A DNA stretch of 64,000 nt from Guillardia theta CCMP2712 (lineage: Eukaryota > Protista > Cryptophyta). The translations under genes were made by a program, and so were the position numbers. Each line of letters begins with the position of its first letter. The stretch's first letter is position 1. Where the stretch lies: assembly GCF_000315625.1 (NCBI RefSeq), contig NW_005434610.1, positions 136,790 to 200,789 of the forward strand. The letters run 5' to 3'. A model generated the notes under the pieces. The model did no database searches. It had not been told where the DNA came from and saw only the letters and a list, made by a program, of their open reading frames with translations. This document shows positions 22,326 through 37,374 of the stretch, piece after piece.

Positions 22326-24515
22326 TTAGTTCCTCATGCTCGCTCCTTTGTCTGCAGTGAGACGGGCTCGGATGTTCACCTGCATGCACCTCGACCCTCC
22401 GCTCTTGCTCCCTCCCTCCTTGTCTTCTTCCTCCGACATGAACGACTTCCTCGAGGCAAACACAAGCCCCTGCCCCGGCCGCAGCTCCAGGATCCTCTCC
22501 CAGTCCTCCTGCACCAGCGGCAGCTTCGCCGCCAAGTAATGGTACCAGTCGTGGGAGTGGAAGCGATGGAGGACGGCGAAGGAGATCAGTTCCAGCAGCT
22601 CGGGCGCCAGCGTGCTGGGGTTCTGAGTGCTGACAGCCAGCCGCATGTTGTCATGGCGCATGAGGCGGGCGATGTTGACAATCGACTGGCTGAGGCCGTC
22701 GGACTCCACCCCTTGCATGTACTTGTGCGCCTCGTCGAGCACGAGGAGCTTCCCGGTCACGTGACCTCCCAGCGTCCTGAACTGCTCGACGAGGATCTGG
22801 AAGATGCTGTTGGCCTCTGCTGACGTCAGCATAGGGTCGGTCAAGTCCACGATGACGAGCTTTCCTGGTTTGCAGGCGTCTTGCAGGTCCGAGGACGTGC
22901 GAGCGAGCGAGGTGTTGACGGAGCTCTCCTGGACGATGGACTGCAGCAGTTGAATCCTCTGAGCCAGCGGACCAGCTTGAGTGGTAAGCTTGCACTCGCT
23001 CTGAAGCTGCTTGAGCAGCTCGGCGAGGGACATGCTGCTGTTGTTCCGCTGGTTCGAGCGCAGGAGTTGCGTCATCATTGAGACGTAGAGCTGATTGTCC
23101 TCCTCCTTCAACCGCATGATCCTCTTGATATGATCGCTCGTCAGTCTGTTCCACTTGAACAGCAGCGGCTTCACTGTCACTCCCTTCCCGTAGTACTGCT
23201 GGCGCTGCTTGTAGTAGCAGGGAGATACCAGGACGACCACGTCCTTCAAGTTCAGCTCACAAGGAGCTCCTGTCTTGCTGTTGGCTCGCAGCATCTGCTC
23301 TAGCATCGTGTTGGGGCTCATCAGCCCTGTCGCCTCCACCTTGGCTTGAGGGTTCGTGTCGTAGTGCAGGACCAGAGTGGTCATGGGCTTGTTCAAGTTA
23401 ACGACCTTGGAGGAGGGGAACGGAAGCATGCATGCTTCCAACACGCAGCCGATCGTGTGGCTCTTTCCTCCTCCTTGTACTCCCACGGCAGCCATGCAGA
23501 AGGGCTCGGAAGTGTTGAGGTACACTGGCTTCCTCCTCCCTTCCCGGTCCACGCGCGAACCAAGGAGCGCGTACTCCTCCCAGTGCCTTGCTGCCAACTC
23601 GTCTCCAATGCAGTAGCCTCGGAAGGGATCCTCGTGCTCTTCATGCTTGTAGTCCCCCAAGAAGTACTCCTCCACATCCTCGTCGAAGGAGAAGTTGACC
23701 CTGAAGACGCTTGTCGCCTGCTCTGTGCTCGATGACGACCGTGACGAACTGGAGTCCGAACCCCCGTCTCCGTCCTCGAGCACGAAGCATCCCCTCTTCC
23801 AACTGTCGTCTTCCGAAGCGCTCGACATGTTTCTGTACGCGTTCAGCAGCATGGCGGCTCCATACGCTGCCTTGCGATGGAGGTCCTGCCCGAGAGGCCG
23901 GCTCCTCCACAGTCCCATCCAGTGCTGAGGGAAGAGAAGGGGCTTCCTGATCCCGCACCATTCCTGGATCACCTTGGAGAAGCTCGTGCGGGGATGCGGA
24001 GGAGTTTCCTTCAGGAACGAGTAGGCCGCATGGAGGTCAAGGAGGCTGGTGGTCTTGACCCTACACATCTGATACAGCGCCTTCATGGTCTCTGTCCCGT
24101 TGTAAGCGACTTTGATGACCTTCTCGTCGGCCATCAGGCTTGACAAGCCGTTTGAGAGCATGTCGGGGCAAGACATGACGTCGAAGACGAAGGAGGTGTT
24201 CTCGTCGATGCCGACTGCTATCACGCTCACGTACCCGTTTGCCCTCAGCTCACCGTGGCAGGAGACAGCCACAGCCCCGATGGTCTCACCGCACGCTCGG
24301 ATCCGTTGCATGGCCAGGTCGAAGCAGGAGCCAAGATCAACGAGGTAAACGTACTGCACAGGAGGAGCTGTTGTATCCGACGACGATCCCTCAGGAACAT
24401 GGATATAGGAGAACGTGAGGGACGGTTGGTTTGCTTGTTCTGCAACTTTAATGTCAAGCTTATCTTCGAACGCAGAGATAATGTCAAGATGCTGACCAAC
24501 TGATGCAATCGACAT
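22326..24515 (-). CDS. Intronless fusion: degenerate EXD1/Egalitarian-like 3'-5' exonuclease domain + HerA/FtsK-like P-loop ATPase
   Basis: N-terminal part has AVAVSCHG..FVFDV..GLSSLM.DEKVIKV..LLDLHAA..WRSRPL. C-terminal part has Walker A GVQGGGKS, Walker B LLVLDEAHKY and AVSTQNP. Confidence 0.8.
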   Translation of the reverse strand: MSIASVGQHLDIISAFEDKLDIKVAEQANQPSLTFSYIHVPEGSSSDTTAPPVQYVYLVDLGSCFDLAMQRIRACGETIGAVAVSCHGELRANGYVSVIAVGIDENTSFVFDVMSCPDMLSNGLSSLMADEKVIKVAYNGTETMKALYQMCRVKTTSLLDLHAAYSFLKETPPHPRTSFSKVIQEWCGIRKPLLFPQHWMGLWRSRPLGQDLHRKAAYGAAMLLNAYRNMSSASEDDSWKRGCFVLEDGDGGSDSSSSRSSSSTEQATSVFRVNFSFDEDVEEYFLGDYKHEEHEDPFRGYCIGDELAARHWEEYALLGSRVDREGRRKPVYLNTSEPFCMAAVGVQGGGKSHTIGCVLEACMLPFPSSKVVNLNKPMTTLVLHYDTNPQAKVEATGLMSPNTMLEQMLRANSKTGAPCELNLKDVVVLVSPCYYKQRQQYYGKGVTVKPLLFKWNRLTSDHIKRIMRLKEEDNQLYVSMMTQLLRSNQRNNSSMSLAELLKQLQSECKLTTQAGPLAQRIQLLQSIVQESSVNTSLARTSSDLQDACKPGKLVIVDLTDPMLTSAEANSIFQILVEQFRTLGGHVTGKLLVLDEAHKYMQGVESDGLSQSIVNIARLMRHDNMRLAVSTQNPSTLAPELLELISFAVLHRFHSHDWYHYLAAKLPLVQEDWERILELRPGQGLVFASRKSFMSEEEDKEGGSKSGGSRCMQVNIRARLTADKGASMRN

Positions 24516-24999
24516 GATGCGATCTCAAGCGAAAGTCTTGTATTGAACTTTTTTTTTGTTTTTGTGGAAGAGGCTGTTTCGTTTGCTCTGTAGGAACAAA
24601 AGAGCAGCAAGTACAGGAGAAAAGGGAGTAGCTGATTCAAGAAGACGACGGGGAAAGAGATTGGGAGAGGAGGAGGAGGAGGAGGGAGACGGGTTAGGCT
24701 GGCGGCGTGGCTGGAGTTCGAGGGGAACGTTTCCCTTTTACTTCAAGGGGGGGGCGGGGGGCAAGGCTACAAAAATCCTCAAGGTTACGAAAGGGTGGGT
24801 ACTTCGATATAGAAACAGGGGGTGATACAACAAAGCGAATTATTACAAGGGGTGGGGTGGTACTAGAAGGCGAGAAGGTAGGTGATCAATAGACAAACAG
24901 GGGGTAGTAGAGATGACCGGTTGGTGTTTCAATGGGCCAACAGGGGGTCCAATCAGTAGTAAGAAGGGGTACTCCTGTACTAGTGAAGATCCTCTGCGT

Positions 25000-25760
25000 C
25001 CGCACTCGCGGTCCGCCGAGTCACGGTCATCCGGGATCACATCGGATGCCTCATGATTCTCAGCTCTTGAGCTCGGCGGCGGGCCCGTACGGTCCCGTCC
25101 CCGGGGCCCGGCCGGGCCCCTCAGCCGGGGGTTGAGACTCTGAGAGGTGAGCCTATGATCTCGGATCCGCCCGGCTTTTCAAGTTACTCAAAGTTAAGTT
25201 AAAAATCAGTACGAGGACAATCAGGAGAGTCGAGGAGGCTTGACCCTGACACTGTCGCACAGGCCAACGTGACGGCGAGACTGAGAGAAAAGACAGCGAG
25301 AACCAAACCCAACTTCCCGGGCCGCAGGCTGCCGACTGCGGCAGCCTCCGTGTCCCCCAAACTTAACTGATACGGCTTTACTTAACTGCGGATAATCATG
25401 ATACGATCATCGCACTGCTACGCCGGGTATGCTCACGGCGGCACTGCGCGGCACTGCCGGGCGTCTGCCCGGGGGCCCGGCACAGTGGCCTGGGATCAAC
25501 GGCCCGGTTTGCCGCGAGTCTACGGAAGTTAAAGTTACCCGGTTGAAGTTAAAAATCAGCCCGGTCGCTGTACGGTACTACGAGGACAATCTCTTTTACT
25601 CAGTGCCAGTGACTGCTTGGGACTCCCGAGTCGAGGCACTGCAGTCGGCGCAAACCAGGCTTTGCCTTCACTCAACTTGAAGCCGCGTAGTACTGTACAC
25701 CCCGGGCCCGGTCACCCGGTGAGCCGGGCCCGGTCCATCCTGGGTCACGTCCCGGATAAG
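25000..25760. repeat. GC/palindrome-rich patch containing copies 2 and 3 of the 35-bp motif and a 9-bp-stem hairpin
   Basis: Motif at 25184-25230 and 25531-25591; AGGCTGCCG-ACTG-CGGCAGCCT at 25326-25347. Confidence 0.8.
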
Positions 25761-25776
25761 CGGGTGAAGGGTCGCC

Positions 25777-27385
25777 ATGCTGATCGGGGATAAGGCATGG
25801 TGGAGGCTTGCAGGAGCTGCAGGAGGAGGAGCTATTCTTCTTCTCCTGCTAACCATCACAAGTAAGTCTCTTGCCAGATTGATACCTGCCATCTGCTACT
25901 TCCTCTTCTTCCTCTTCTTCTGTAAGTGTCAAAAGAAGATTTGATTCACAGGTAAACTCGCAGGTACTTCGCAGAGCCGGGAGAGCATGTTGCAAGCGTC
26001 AGCAAGACGTGTGCGCAGAGCTCAGATCAGGGCTATGTTAGGTGTGACAGAAATATAGTACTGCACTGTTGTCTGATTGATCATGGGCTAGGTAACCGTC
26101 CGAACCGTTTGCACCATCTGCAATCTCTGAAGCGAAATGCTTTGAATGAACTTCAAGGTCTTTCCTTATCCGATCTTTCCTGCTATTTGCTGAATCATGT
26201 AAAGATGCTCTGTCGACTGGTGAAGTCGTGAACTTCTTTATGAAGAGTCAAACAAACGGAACCACGGTCTCCATCGATTTTGCTTCTGCTATGTAAGGAT
26301 TGAAGATGGATTATTCCTTGTTTGCAGTCGAGTTCTTCTTCTTCAAATGCCTCTAACAGCTCAGATCCATGTTCAAATGGAACTGATTGCTCAAAGGTGT
26401 TGAAGACATTTTCCAGGTTCATTCTCTCGTTAACTCGTGAGTGCAGATTTTCATTCCAAAGGAAGTTGCTTTCGAGTGCGGAGGACAAGATAACGCAGAT
26501 ACTTGCGTCACCTTGGTAGAATCCTGCACAGATAAGGCTGACGCATATCTTTCTGCTGTCTACAAGGTTTGTTCGTTGGATTGATAGCTCATGCCGTCGG
26601 TGTTGACCTTGCTCATAGAATGATCCGTTCCGGGCGACTGAGCTGCGAAAGGACTTGAATTGCCAATGCTTTGTCAGCAACGGTTGCTCTCCATCATGTA
26701 ACGTAGCGCTCTACATGGTATGGGCCACTGGGACTGGTGTTCAGTGTCCTGCGAGACCCCCAGTGTACTTGGAGTCGATCGGGGCCTTCCAGGTATCTGC
26801 ATTTCGCAAACTTGATGCATGCAGTTCTCATGAAGTTCATGAACTAGTACGGCGACCCCATGGTATCCAATGTGATGCCGTCGGACATCAGCTACGATTA
26901 TTTCCCTGAATATCCCAACCCTGCTGGTTTGCGACTATGGCACCCTTCAGTGTTATCAGAGATTGACCATTCAGTGCAGGCCATGTCTTTGATGTGTCTG
27001 GGGTTCGTGAGCAGTATAGAAAGGATCCCCGGACGTCTTATCGGTCTGTTCTGACGCGCCTGGTGTACCTTTATGACCCTTCGATGTGATTCAGGTATCC
27101 TTCCAGCTACAAATACTACCCTTGGTATTACTACGATGAGGACATTTACAGTCCAAGGTATGTTTGCAAAGTTTACTTCATCTACAAAGCTCATTCGCGA
27201 TATGTAGCTACTGGTCATACGGCTATCCTGCCTCTACTGACCCCCTTCTTGATTACGACCAGGTGAGTCCAACCATGACTTGTTGGACAAGGTTACGATT
27301 TCTAACTGCTGCAATGCAGATGACTGTGCCATCTTCTGGGAACTATTTCTACGACCCGTACTCTGGCCGTGTATATATGTATTGA
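25777..27385 (+). CDS. Hypothetical N-anchored Tyr/Pro-rich protein with many small exons
   Basis: MLIGDKAWWRLAGAAGGGAILLLLLTIT followed by a GTAAG donor. Later exon-like blocks are GVQCPARPP, YDYFPEYPNP, YKYYPWYYYDE and GNYFYDPYSGRVYMY*. Confidence 0.5.
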
Positions 27386-27544
27386 AATGATGATACATCA
27401 TCCTGTGTGAAATTCGTGTCAACCGGATTTGTACATCAAAGTCCTTCTATGTTGCAGATTTTCTGGCGTTCCATTTATTACAAGAAAGGAAATCTCGATG
27501 GATCAGTGAAGAGACGTGAAAGAAAACCCCGCCATCATGCTGAC

Positions 27545-28433
27545 TTAGCAAGTCGGCTGACCCCAAACACCTCCGGTTGCCAGACGGGTGCCGGCTCTGC
27601 CGTGACCCTTGCGAGGCCTGCTCTGTTTCCACCGCAACTTCAGTCAGGCCACCTGGACAGCTTTCGAGTGAAATTCGACTCACCTTGCCGAAGCTCTTTG
27701 CCGACCTCTTGCCCTTGGTGGTCCGCTTGTCTCCTCTTCCGTCCATGGTTGTGAGGGTCTCAGCGGTCTGGAGCACGGGAGTTGCCATCTGGCCAGGGGC
27801 GAGCAGGCAGACCGGTCCAGCGCTTCTCAGTCTGACGTCCTGCAGCGAGGTAAATGGAGGGACTCCATGCCATGAGGGGGCTCACGCTCTTAGGAAGGAC
27901 TGAGCCAGGGGCGAAAGCAGCCGAAACTGGGGCAAAGTCAAAGAGATCCAAAGGTGCCTCATAGAGTTCAAATCTTGTATGCACAAGTTTGATTTGTTTG
28001 CTCTGATTTCTAGAAGAACTCAGATAAAGACATGCTTGCGTCTCTTGTCCCTCTCCAATCCCTGTCAATTTTTTCTGTGCTGATTTGCTTCCTGTTTGCT
28101 CTATCACTCACAGTTTGTCTGCTGCCTGAATGTCTTGCCAGAAGTTGCTCTTGCACCACATGCGCCCACCATGACATTGCTTAAGATCTTTCAACTACTG
28201 TTACACTCTCCCATCATCCCATCAATGGTTCTCTCATCCCACAACTTGAACTGCACTCGTCACCCCAATCTGCTCTCCCCTCCTCTCCTGAGCTTCCCTT
28301 TCCCCATCTCATCGCATCTCCTCCTCTCTCTCTCTTCACAGCCTACTCCTCCTTCCCTTCACCCTGCTCCCATCCTCCTCCTCCTCCTCTCTTCACCTGC
28401 AATTGCGCTCATCATCACCATTTTCTTCAGCAT
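27545..28433 (-). CDS. PSRP4: Plastid small-subunit ribosomal protein bTHX/PSRP4 (4 exons: 28433-28397, 27926-27886, 27839-27684, 27622-27545)
   Basis: Phases match exactly, giving MLKKMVMMSAIAVSA-AFAP.. presequence then GRGDKRTTKGKRSAKSFGKSRPRK, the Thx-family signature. Confidence 0.85.
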
Positions 28434-28835
28434 CGCGGCCGCTCCGTGTGGCCTCCCCCACAACCCTGACCCTCCCCCACCCTCTCACCTCAAACCCCCA
28501 CCCACATGTGCGCATCACCTACCCTACACAAATCACAGTCCTCCAGGAGAACCCCTTGTATATCTACAGGTACCCCTTATTATATGGTGAAATATTACCG
28601 GTACTATGAAGTTCTTGTCTGCACGACACCCACTTGTTGTGCATGTCTCAGTACCCCTACCACCACGTTGGAAGTACCCCGGCCTTGTCATTGGAGCAGT
28701 TCCTTGACCCCTCCCCCAATTTTCGCCACCGGTGCATACTAGGGAGCTTACGGGGGTGTTGTCATAAAGCACCCCTCTGTGGAACGGAACTCCCTCCTGC
28801 TTGCCACATGACAGAATTGCGCACAGGAGGGGATA

Positions 28836-29054
28836 GGATGGGAGAGAGAGGATGGGAGAGAGAGGATGGGAGAGAGAGGATGGGAGAGAGAGGATGGGAG
28901 AGAGAGGATGGGAGAGAGAGGATGGGAGAGAGAGGATGGGAGAGAGAGGATGGGAGAGAGAGGATGGGAGAGAGAGGATGGGAGAGAGAGGATGGGAGAG
29001 AGAGGATGGGAGAGAGAGGATGGGAGAGAGAGGATGGGAGAGAGAGGATGGGAG
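28836..29054. repeat. 14-bp minisatellite (GGATGGGAGAGAGA) x ~15
   Basis: Perfect tandem array. Confidence 0.95.
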
Positions 29055-29119
29055 AAATGGGAAGAGGAGGGTGGGAAAAGGATCTGTGTCGTTGGACATG
29101 AATATATTTCGGTACACTT

Positions 29120-31633
29120 CTACTCCCCAGTCTCCCCAGACACCTTCGTCCTACTCTCCTCCAGCGCTCGTCCGATCGTGCGCTTCCTCTGGGTCTTCCT
29201 GAGCACTGCGGCGAAACAGTATTAGCAGAACAAAACGGCTTTCAATCCTCACCTCTCATCCCCACTCTCCGCTTCTCCGGAGATCTTTCGGATGTACTTG
29301 TACACCGTGATGTAGGACAAGTCTTGATACTTCTTCTTACATCTCGACTCCTCCCATGCGTCAGGGCCATAGATGTCCTCAACGATCTTCTTGTACGCGA
29401 CATCGAAGCAGCTCTGGTAGTTGTCGATGGTGACCTCCTGCCCCTCCTCAAGCTCTCCTCCTTCCCTCGCCATCTTCTCCAGCTTCTCCATGACTTTCCT
29501 GGCCTTGCTCACGTTCTTGCGCATGTTCCTGTTGCCAAGGTCCGACGGCTTCAGCTGCTTGAGAGGTCCGATGCTTTTCCTCACTCCGTTCTCCACCAAG
29601 TGCTCCCCGACGTGCCATCGCTGCCACACGTTCTTACAGTCGACCTTCTGCGCGAACTTGTAGTCCTGCGGCACCATGTGTACCTGCCCGTCATCCCACA
29701 CGAACACGTCCCCTTGCATGGACGACTGGGAGTCATGCCCGCCGGGATCACCAACGGTCGATGCAATGTTGTCCTCAACCCTCCTGTTGCTGTTGCTGTC
29801 GCAAGTGTCGTGCCCTCGCATGGCGATCTTGATGCTCTCCCGCACGTCGGCCTTGAGCGATTCAAGATCGTCCAGGGGCAGGTGCTCGTTGGCCCTTCCC
29901 TTGATTTTCTCCGCCACCTGATCCAGGATCTTGTCGGGTAGCTGGTTCAGTGCATAGTGCAGCTGGTTCTGGACCTCCACGATCTCCTTCCTGAACCTTC
30001 TGTTCTCCGCCAAGACGTGGTAGTACGGAGGGATCCCGGTGGATTTCATGCCGCAATCTTCGCATCTCATCGAGCCAGCCACGATTTCCGCCCTGAGAGA
30101 TCTGAGGTACTCCATGGTTCTTGTCCCCTGCAGACCGAACATCGGGGCACCCCACAGGATGTGATCGGTTCCAAACCATTCCTGCAAGGTATCGATGTGA
30201 TACACGATGTTGGCAAGGAAAACAGGCACGCATCTCTTGAAGCTGTCCGGGAAGCTCTCGTACCCATGGACAAACTTGTGTAGTCCGACTCCCCTGACCT
30301 TCTCCAGTCCTTTCTCGCTGAAATGAGGAGGCAGGTTGTCAAACGAGTCTGACATGACGTCGTTGCCCGCCAGGATCCTCCCGCAATACTGATCGTTGCT
30401 TCCTGCCTCGGTGATATACCCGTCCCTCGAGTTCCCAACTTTCCAACTTCCACGTATGAGGACGGAGGGTTCCGATGGGCCCCCGGGGATCGAGAGAAGG
30501 TGGGCTACGCTGCCCTTTCTGAAGCTTTGAGCTCCTGCACACCAACATCAATGACTTGATATCAGATCGAACGTACTGCACCCACCGAAATCCTTGCTAT
30601 CTCCGCCATCCATACACGACAAAACCCTCTGCAACACTTTGCTGAATCTTTGCTTTTGATCGTTCCCTGGGAAGAACTTTGTGCTGTTCCCGTATCCTCG
30701 GGGTTGCGCGATGGTGTACAGCGCGAGTGCCAAGATGGGGCAGGTGTGAGGCTGGTGAGGAGCGGCAAAAACGTGCCTGACCTGTTGAGAGATCATATCT
30801 ACACTGTTGCCAGCATCATCGTTCTTGGACTTCACGATGGTCAGCACCAGACTGTCGTTGCGCCAGTCGAAATGTTCCATGTGAAGCTCATCAAGGGTCT
30901 CACTTCGACAGCAGCAGTTCCAGAGGAAGGTCGCCGCCGCGTAACCGAACAATCCAGTGGCGCCATGCTCTCGATTCTTCTCCTTGGGCCTCCATGCTAT
31001 CATCTCTTTGCAGATCGCGACGTATCCTTTCACTTGCAGGACGCTGTTGCCTTCCTGTGCTCGCACCTGCTCTGCTCTTGCCCCACCGATGCTCTCTGCA
31101 TGCTTCTGTATCATGTCGTCCAAGTTTTGATCCAGCGTCTTCCCGGTCTCCTCGACACCGACGGCCGTGAAACTGACGTTGCGCTCCATGTAGTAGTGCT
31201 TCAGCGCGCTCTTGTACCCTTGCACTGATCCTATGGACAGAAGTTTCTGGTTGGCAGCAGGCGCATCCCCTCCTGCTTGAGCCTGACCTGCTCCTCCTGC
31301 CGCTGAATCGCTTGACTCGCTGCTGTTCCCCTCCTCCTCCCCAGCCTTCCTCTTCCGCTTCCTTCCTCTCGACATGCTCTTGCTCGTCATGAGATGCTCA
31401 AAAGTTTCCTTCACACAAGTCCAAGTAAGAGGAAGCCTCACGTTCCCTCCCTCATCCAGGAGGTCCCGGTAAGCCTCCTTCTTCCCTTCCTTCGCCTTCC
31501 GCTTCATCATGTTGACCAGCCTCAGCACTTTGTAGCGATAGACTTTCTGCGTGCTTTCTGCCGTCCGGTGCCCCTTCATGGTGCCCTGCGCATCAGCCAT
31601 GCTCGAATCTTGTCCCCTCACATCATCCTGCAT
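29120..31633 (-). CDS. Crypton-type tyrosine recombinase (CryptonS-like), intact after splicing intron 30535-30585; probable second short intron near 29200-29252
   Basis: GYKSALKHYY, WNCCCRSET (R), KSKND (K), CPILALALY, GAQSFRKG (HxxR with H>Q), RGSWKVG (W), RDGYI (Y), DQYCGR and LPPHF. C-terminal W..H.VP.DY.F..W.RW..G..PL..L..D domain. Confidence 0.85.
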
Positions 31634-32014
31634 GATCACCTGAGCGACTTCGCTCCCGTCTGCTTGCGAACTGATCGTCGGGCAGAAGGGAAGGGAGGGG
31701 AGAGGTAAGGGGAGAGGTAAGGGGAGAGGTAAGGGGAGAGGTAAGGGGAGAGGAGAGAAGGAGAAAGGAAGAGAACAGAGATAAGGGAGACAGGGAGAGG
31801 AGAGAGGAAGAGGAGGGGAGGAGGAGGAGGAGGGGAGGAGGAGGAGGGGACTTCCGAGGAGGAGGGGAGGAGGAGGGAGGGTTTGGGATTTTGAGAACGC
31901 GGGGTCTTTGCAAAGTTCTTGACCGAGTTCGCCTCAGCATGCGGTCGGAGGCGGGGGAGCGGGAGGGAAAGGAGAGGTAGCAGGATCGGGACTGTGCCGA
32001 CAGAGCTAGTGGAC

Positions 32015-32747
32015 ATGCCGTCAAGCTCACTCGTCGTCTCGGAGAGGCTTCGCTCTCTGCTCCTCTTGCCGCTCCTCGCCATCGCGCTCCTGGCGGGAGA
32101 GTCGTCAGGCTACTCAACCAGCTCCATCGCGTCCCGTCTGGTTGCCCTACAGCCAGCATTGGACACGAGCAAGATCACGAGGATCGCGGACTTCGCTGCA
32201 GCTGCCTACTTCCCCGACAACAAGTTCCAGTCATGGTCCAACGACAGGAAGCTGGTGATGCCGACGACGTTCACCGACGCGGCTTCCGAGACCAGGGGAT
32301 ACTTAGGAGTCGACGAGGAGGGAGGGCGTGTGGTGCTGTCCTTCAGAGGATCGGGGACGCTCAAGAACTTCTTGACAAACTTGAACTTCCAGTTGATCCC
32401 CTTCGACCACCCTTGTGTTAGCGTCCCGGACATTCGGGTGTGAGTTCGCTGCTTCGTGTTCATGTCGCGCCGTCTGACCTGCTCACCCTCCCGCAAGTCA
32501 CCGAGGGTTCTCGACGGTCTCTCTCCGACTCTATGAGTCTCAGCTCAAGGACAAGATCCTTCATCTCACAGAGAAGTATCCTGACTTTGACCTGACGGTC
32601 ACAGGTGTCACCTCTCCCTCCTTCCCTGCTGTTGCTCCTCGAACTTTCTTCTGCTGCGGCCCCCGCTTCTCACCCTCCTCGTCCTCTTCCTCTTCCTCTT
32701 CCTCTTCCTCTTCCTCTTCCTCTTCCTCTTCCTCTTCCTCTTCCTCT

Positions 32748-32804
<57 letters not shown>

Positions 32805-33442
32805 CTCCTTATCCCATTGAAATGATTCCGTTGCAGGACATTCTCTTGGAGGAGGCGTCGCCATCCTGACATCGTATCTGCTCGCACACGATTCTAAACT
32901 TTCGCCTTCTTTGATCACCTTCGGAGCACCGCTTGTTGGTAAGACGCCCCAAAATACGCTCCTCTCCCGCTTACACAGCCTACCTTTCTTCCAACAGCTG
33001 CTTCTCTCCTCCTCCTCCTCCTCCTCCTCCTCCTCCTCCTCCTCCTCCTCCTCCTCCTCCTCCTCCTCTGCTATTCTCTCGCTTCTCGTGTCAAACCTGC
33101 CCTCAGCTCTTTAGCTTCATGGGCTCCTTGCATCATCGCACCGTCCTTGCGATCTACTCTGCTCGAACTTACCTTGTCCTCCCCATAGGCAACCAGCAGT
33201 TTGCCGACGCTCATGCTCTGTGTGTCCCAGAGATTCTTCATGTGGTTCACGACGCAGATCCCATCCTCTACAACAACGAGCCCCTGTGGAGGGACAACGG
33301 GTTCGTGCGGTCAGGACAGGTCTTGAACTGCTCCCCTCAGTCCTTCGAAGCACCACAGCCCTCGGAAGGATTCCGCGTTCCTCCTTGGAACCTGGTCGAC
33401 CACTTGTGGTACATGGGACGGTATATGGGCCCTCAGCTCTAG
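32015..33442 (+). CDS. Secreted class 3 lipase (multi-exon)
   Basis: Signal peptide; VVLSFRGS, HRGF, TVTG-HSLGG nucleophile elbow, TFGAPLVG-N, VVHDADPI and DHLWYMG. Confidence 0.9.
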
Positions 33443-33843
33443 TCTTATTCCATCGCTTTTCTTCGCCTTGAAGTAGCTCCCTGTTGAAGTTTATCCCTGT
33501 CGTTAGGTACTAGTCTGAGTATATGAACGCTACATTTAGCCTCTGATCGGATTCAGGCATGCTGCGGCAGTAGTAACGCTGTGCCGCCAGTAAGCCGCAC
33601 TGCAGCCCTCTGCGGCACTCTGTTACAACTGAGGGGAGAAGCTGGACAAGATCCACCGTGACTCGAAGTTCAATAGGGCTCCGGCTCGGCAGCCTGGCAC
33701 TGACGGGGTCCGAGTCTCAATCAGGACTCCGGAGAGCCCCGGGCCGGGCCGCCGGGCGACCCCGGCCGGCCCGGGGAGTTCTAGTGTAGGACAAAAGATG
33801 CGATAAGGGTGTCCAGCAGGAGGTAAGAAAGTGGGACAGGAGG

Positions 33844-37374
<3,531 letters not shown>

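Noticed and set aside
24629-24641. GCTGATTCAAG as a possible spliced-leader remnant
   Set aside because: I cannot verify the cryptophyte SL sequence from memory. It is not followed by a GT donor and is antisense to the adjacent gene.
28533-29225. ORFs with ERMGERGWEREDGR repeats; possible CRISPR-like or telomeric array
   Set aside because: A 14-bp perfect minisatellite with no spacers; not a recognisable telomere unit.
29249-31639. Reading the two Crypton ORFs as a frameshifted pseudogene or a phage integrase contaminant
   Set aside because: A canonical 51-nt intron restores the frame exactly, and the flanks are host-like.
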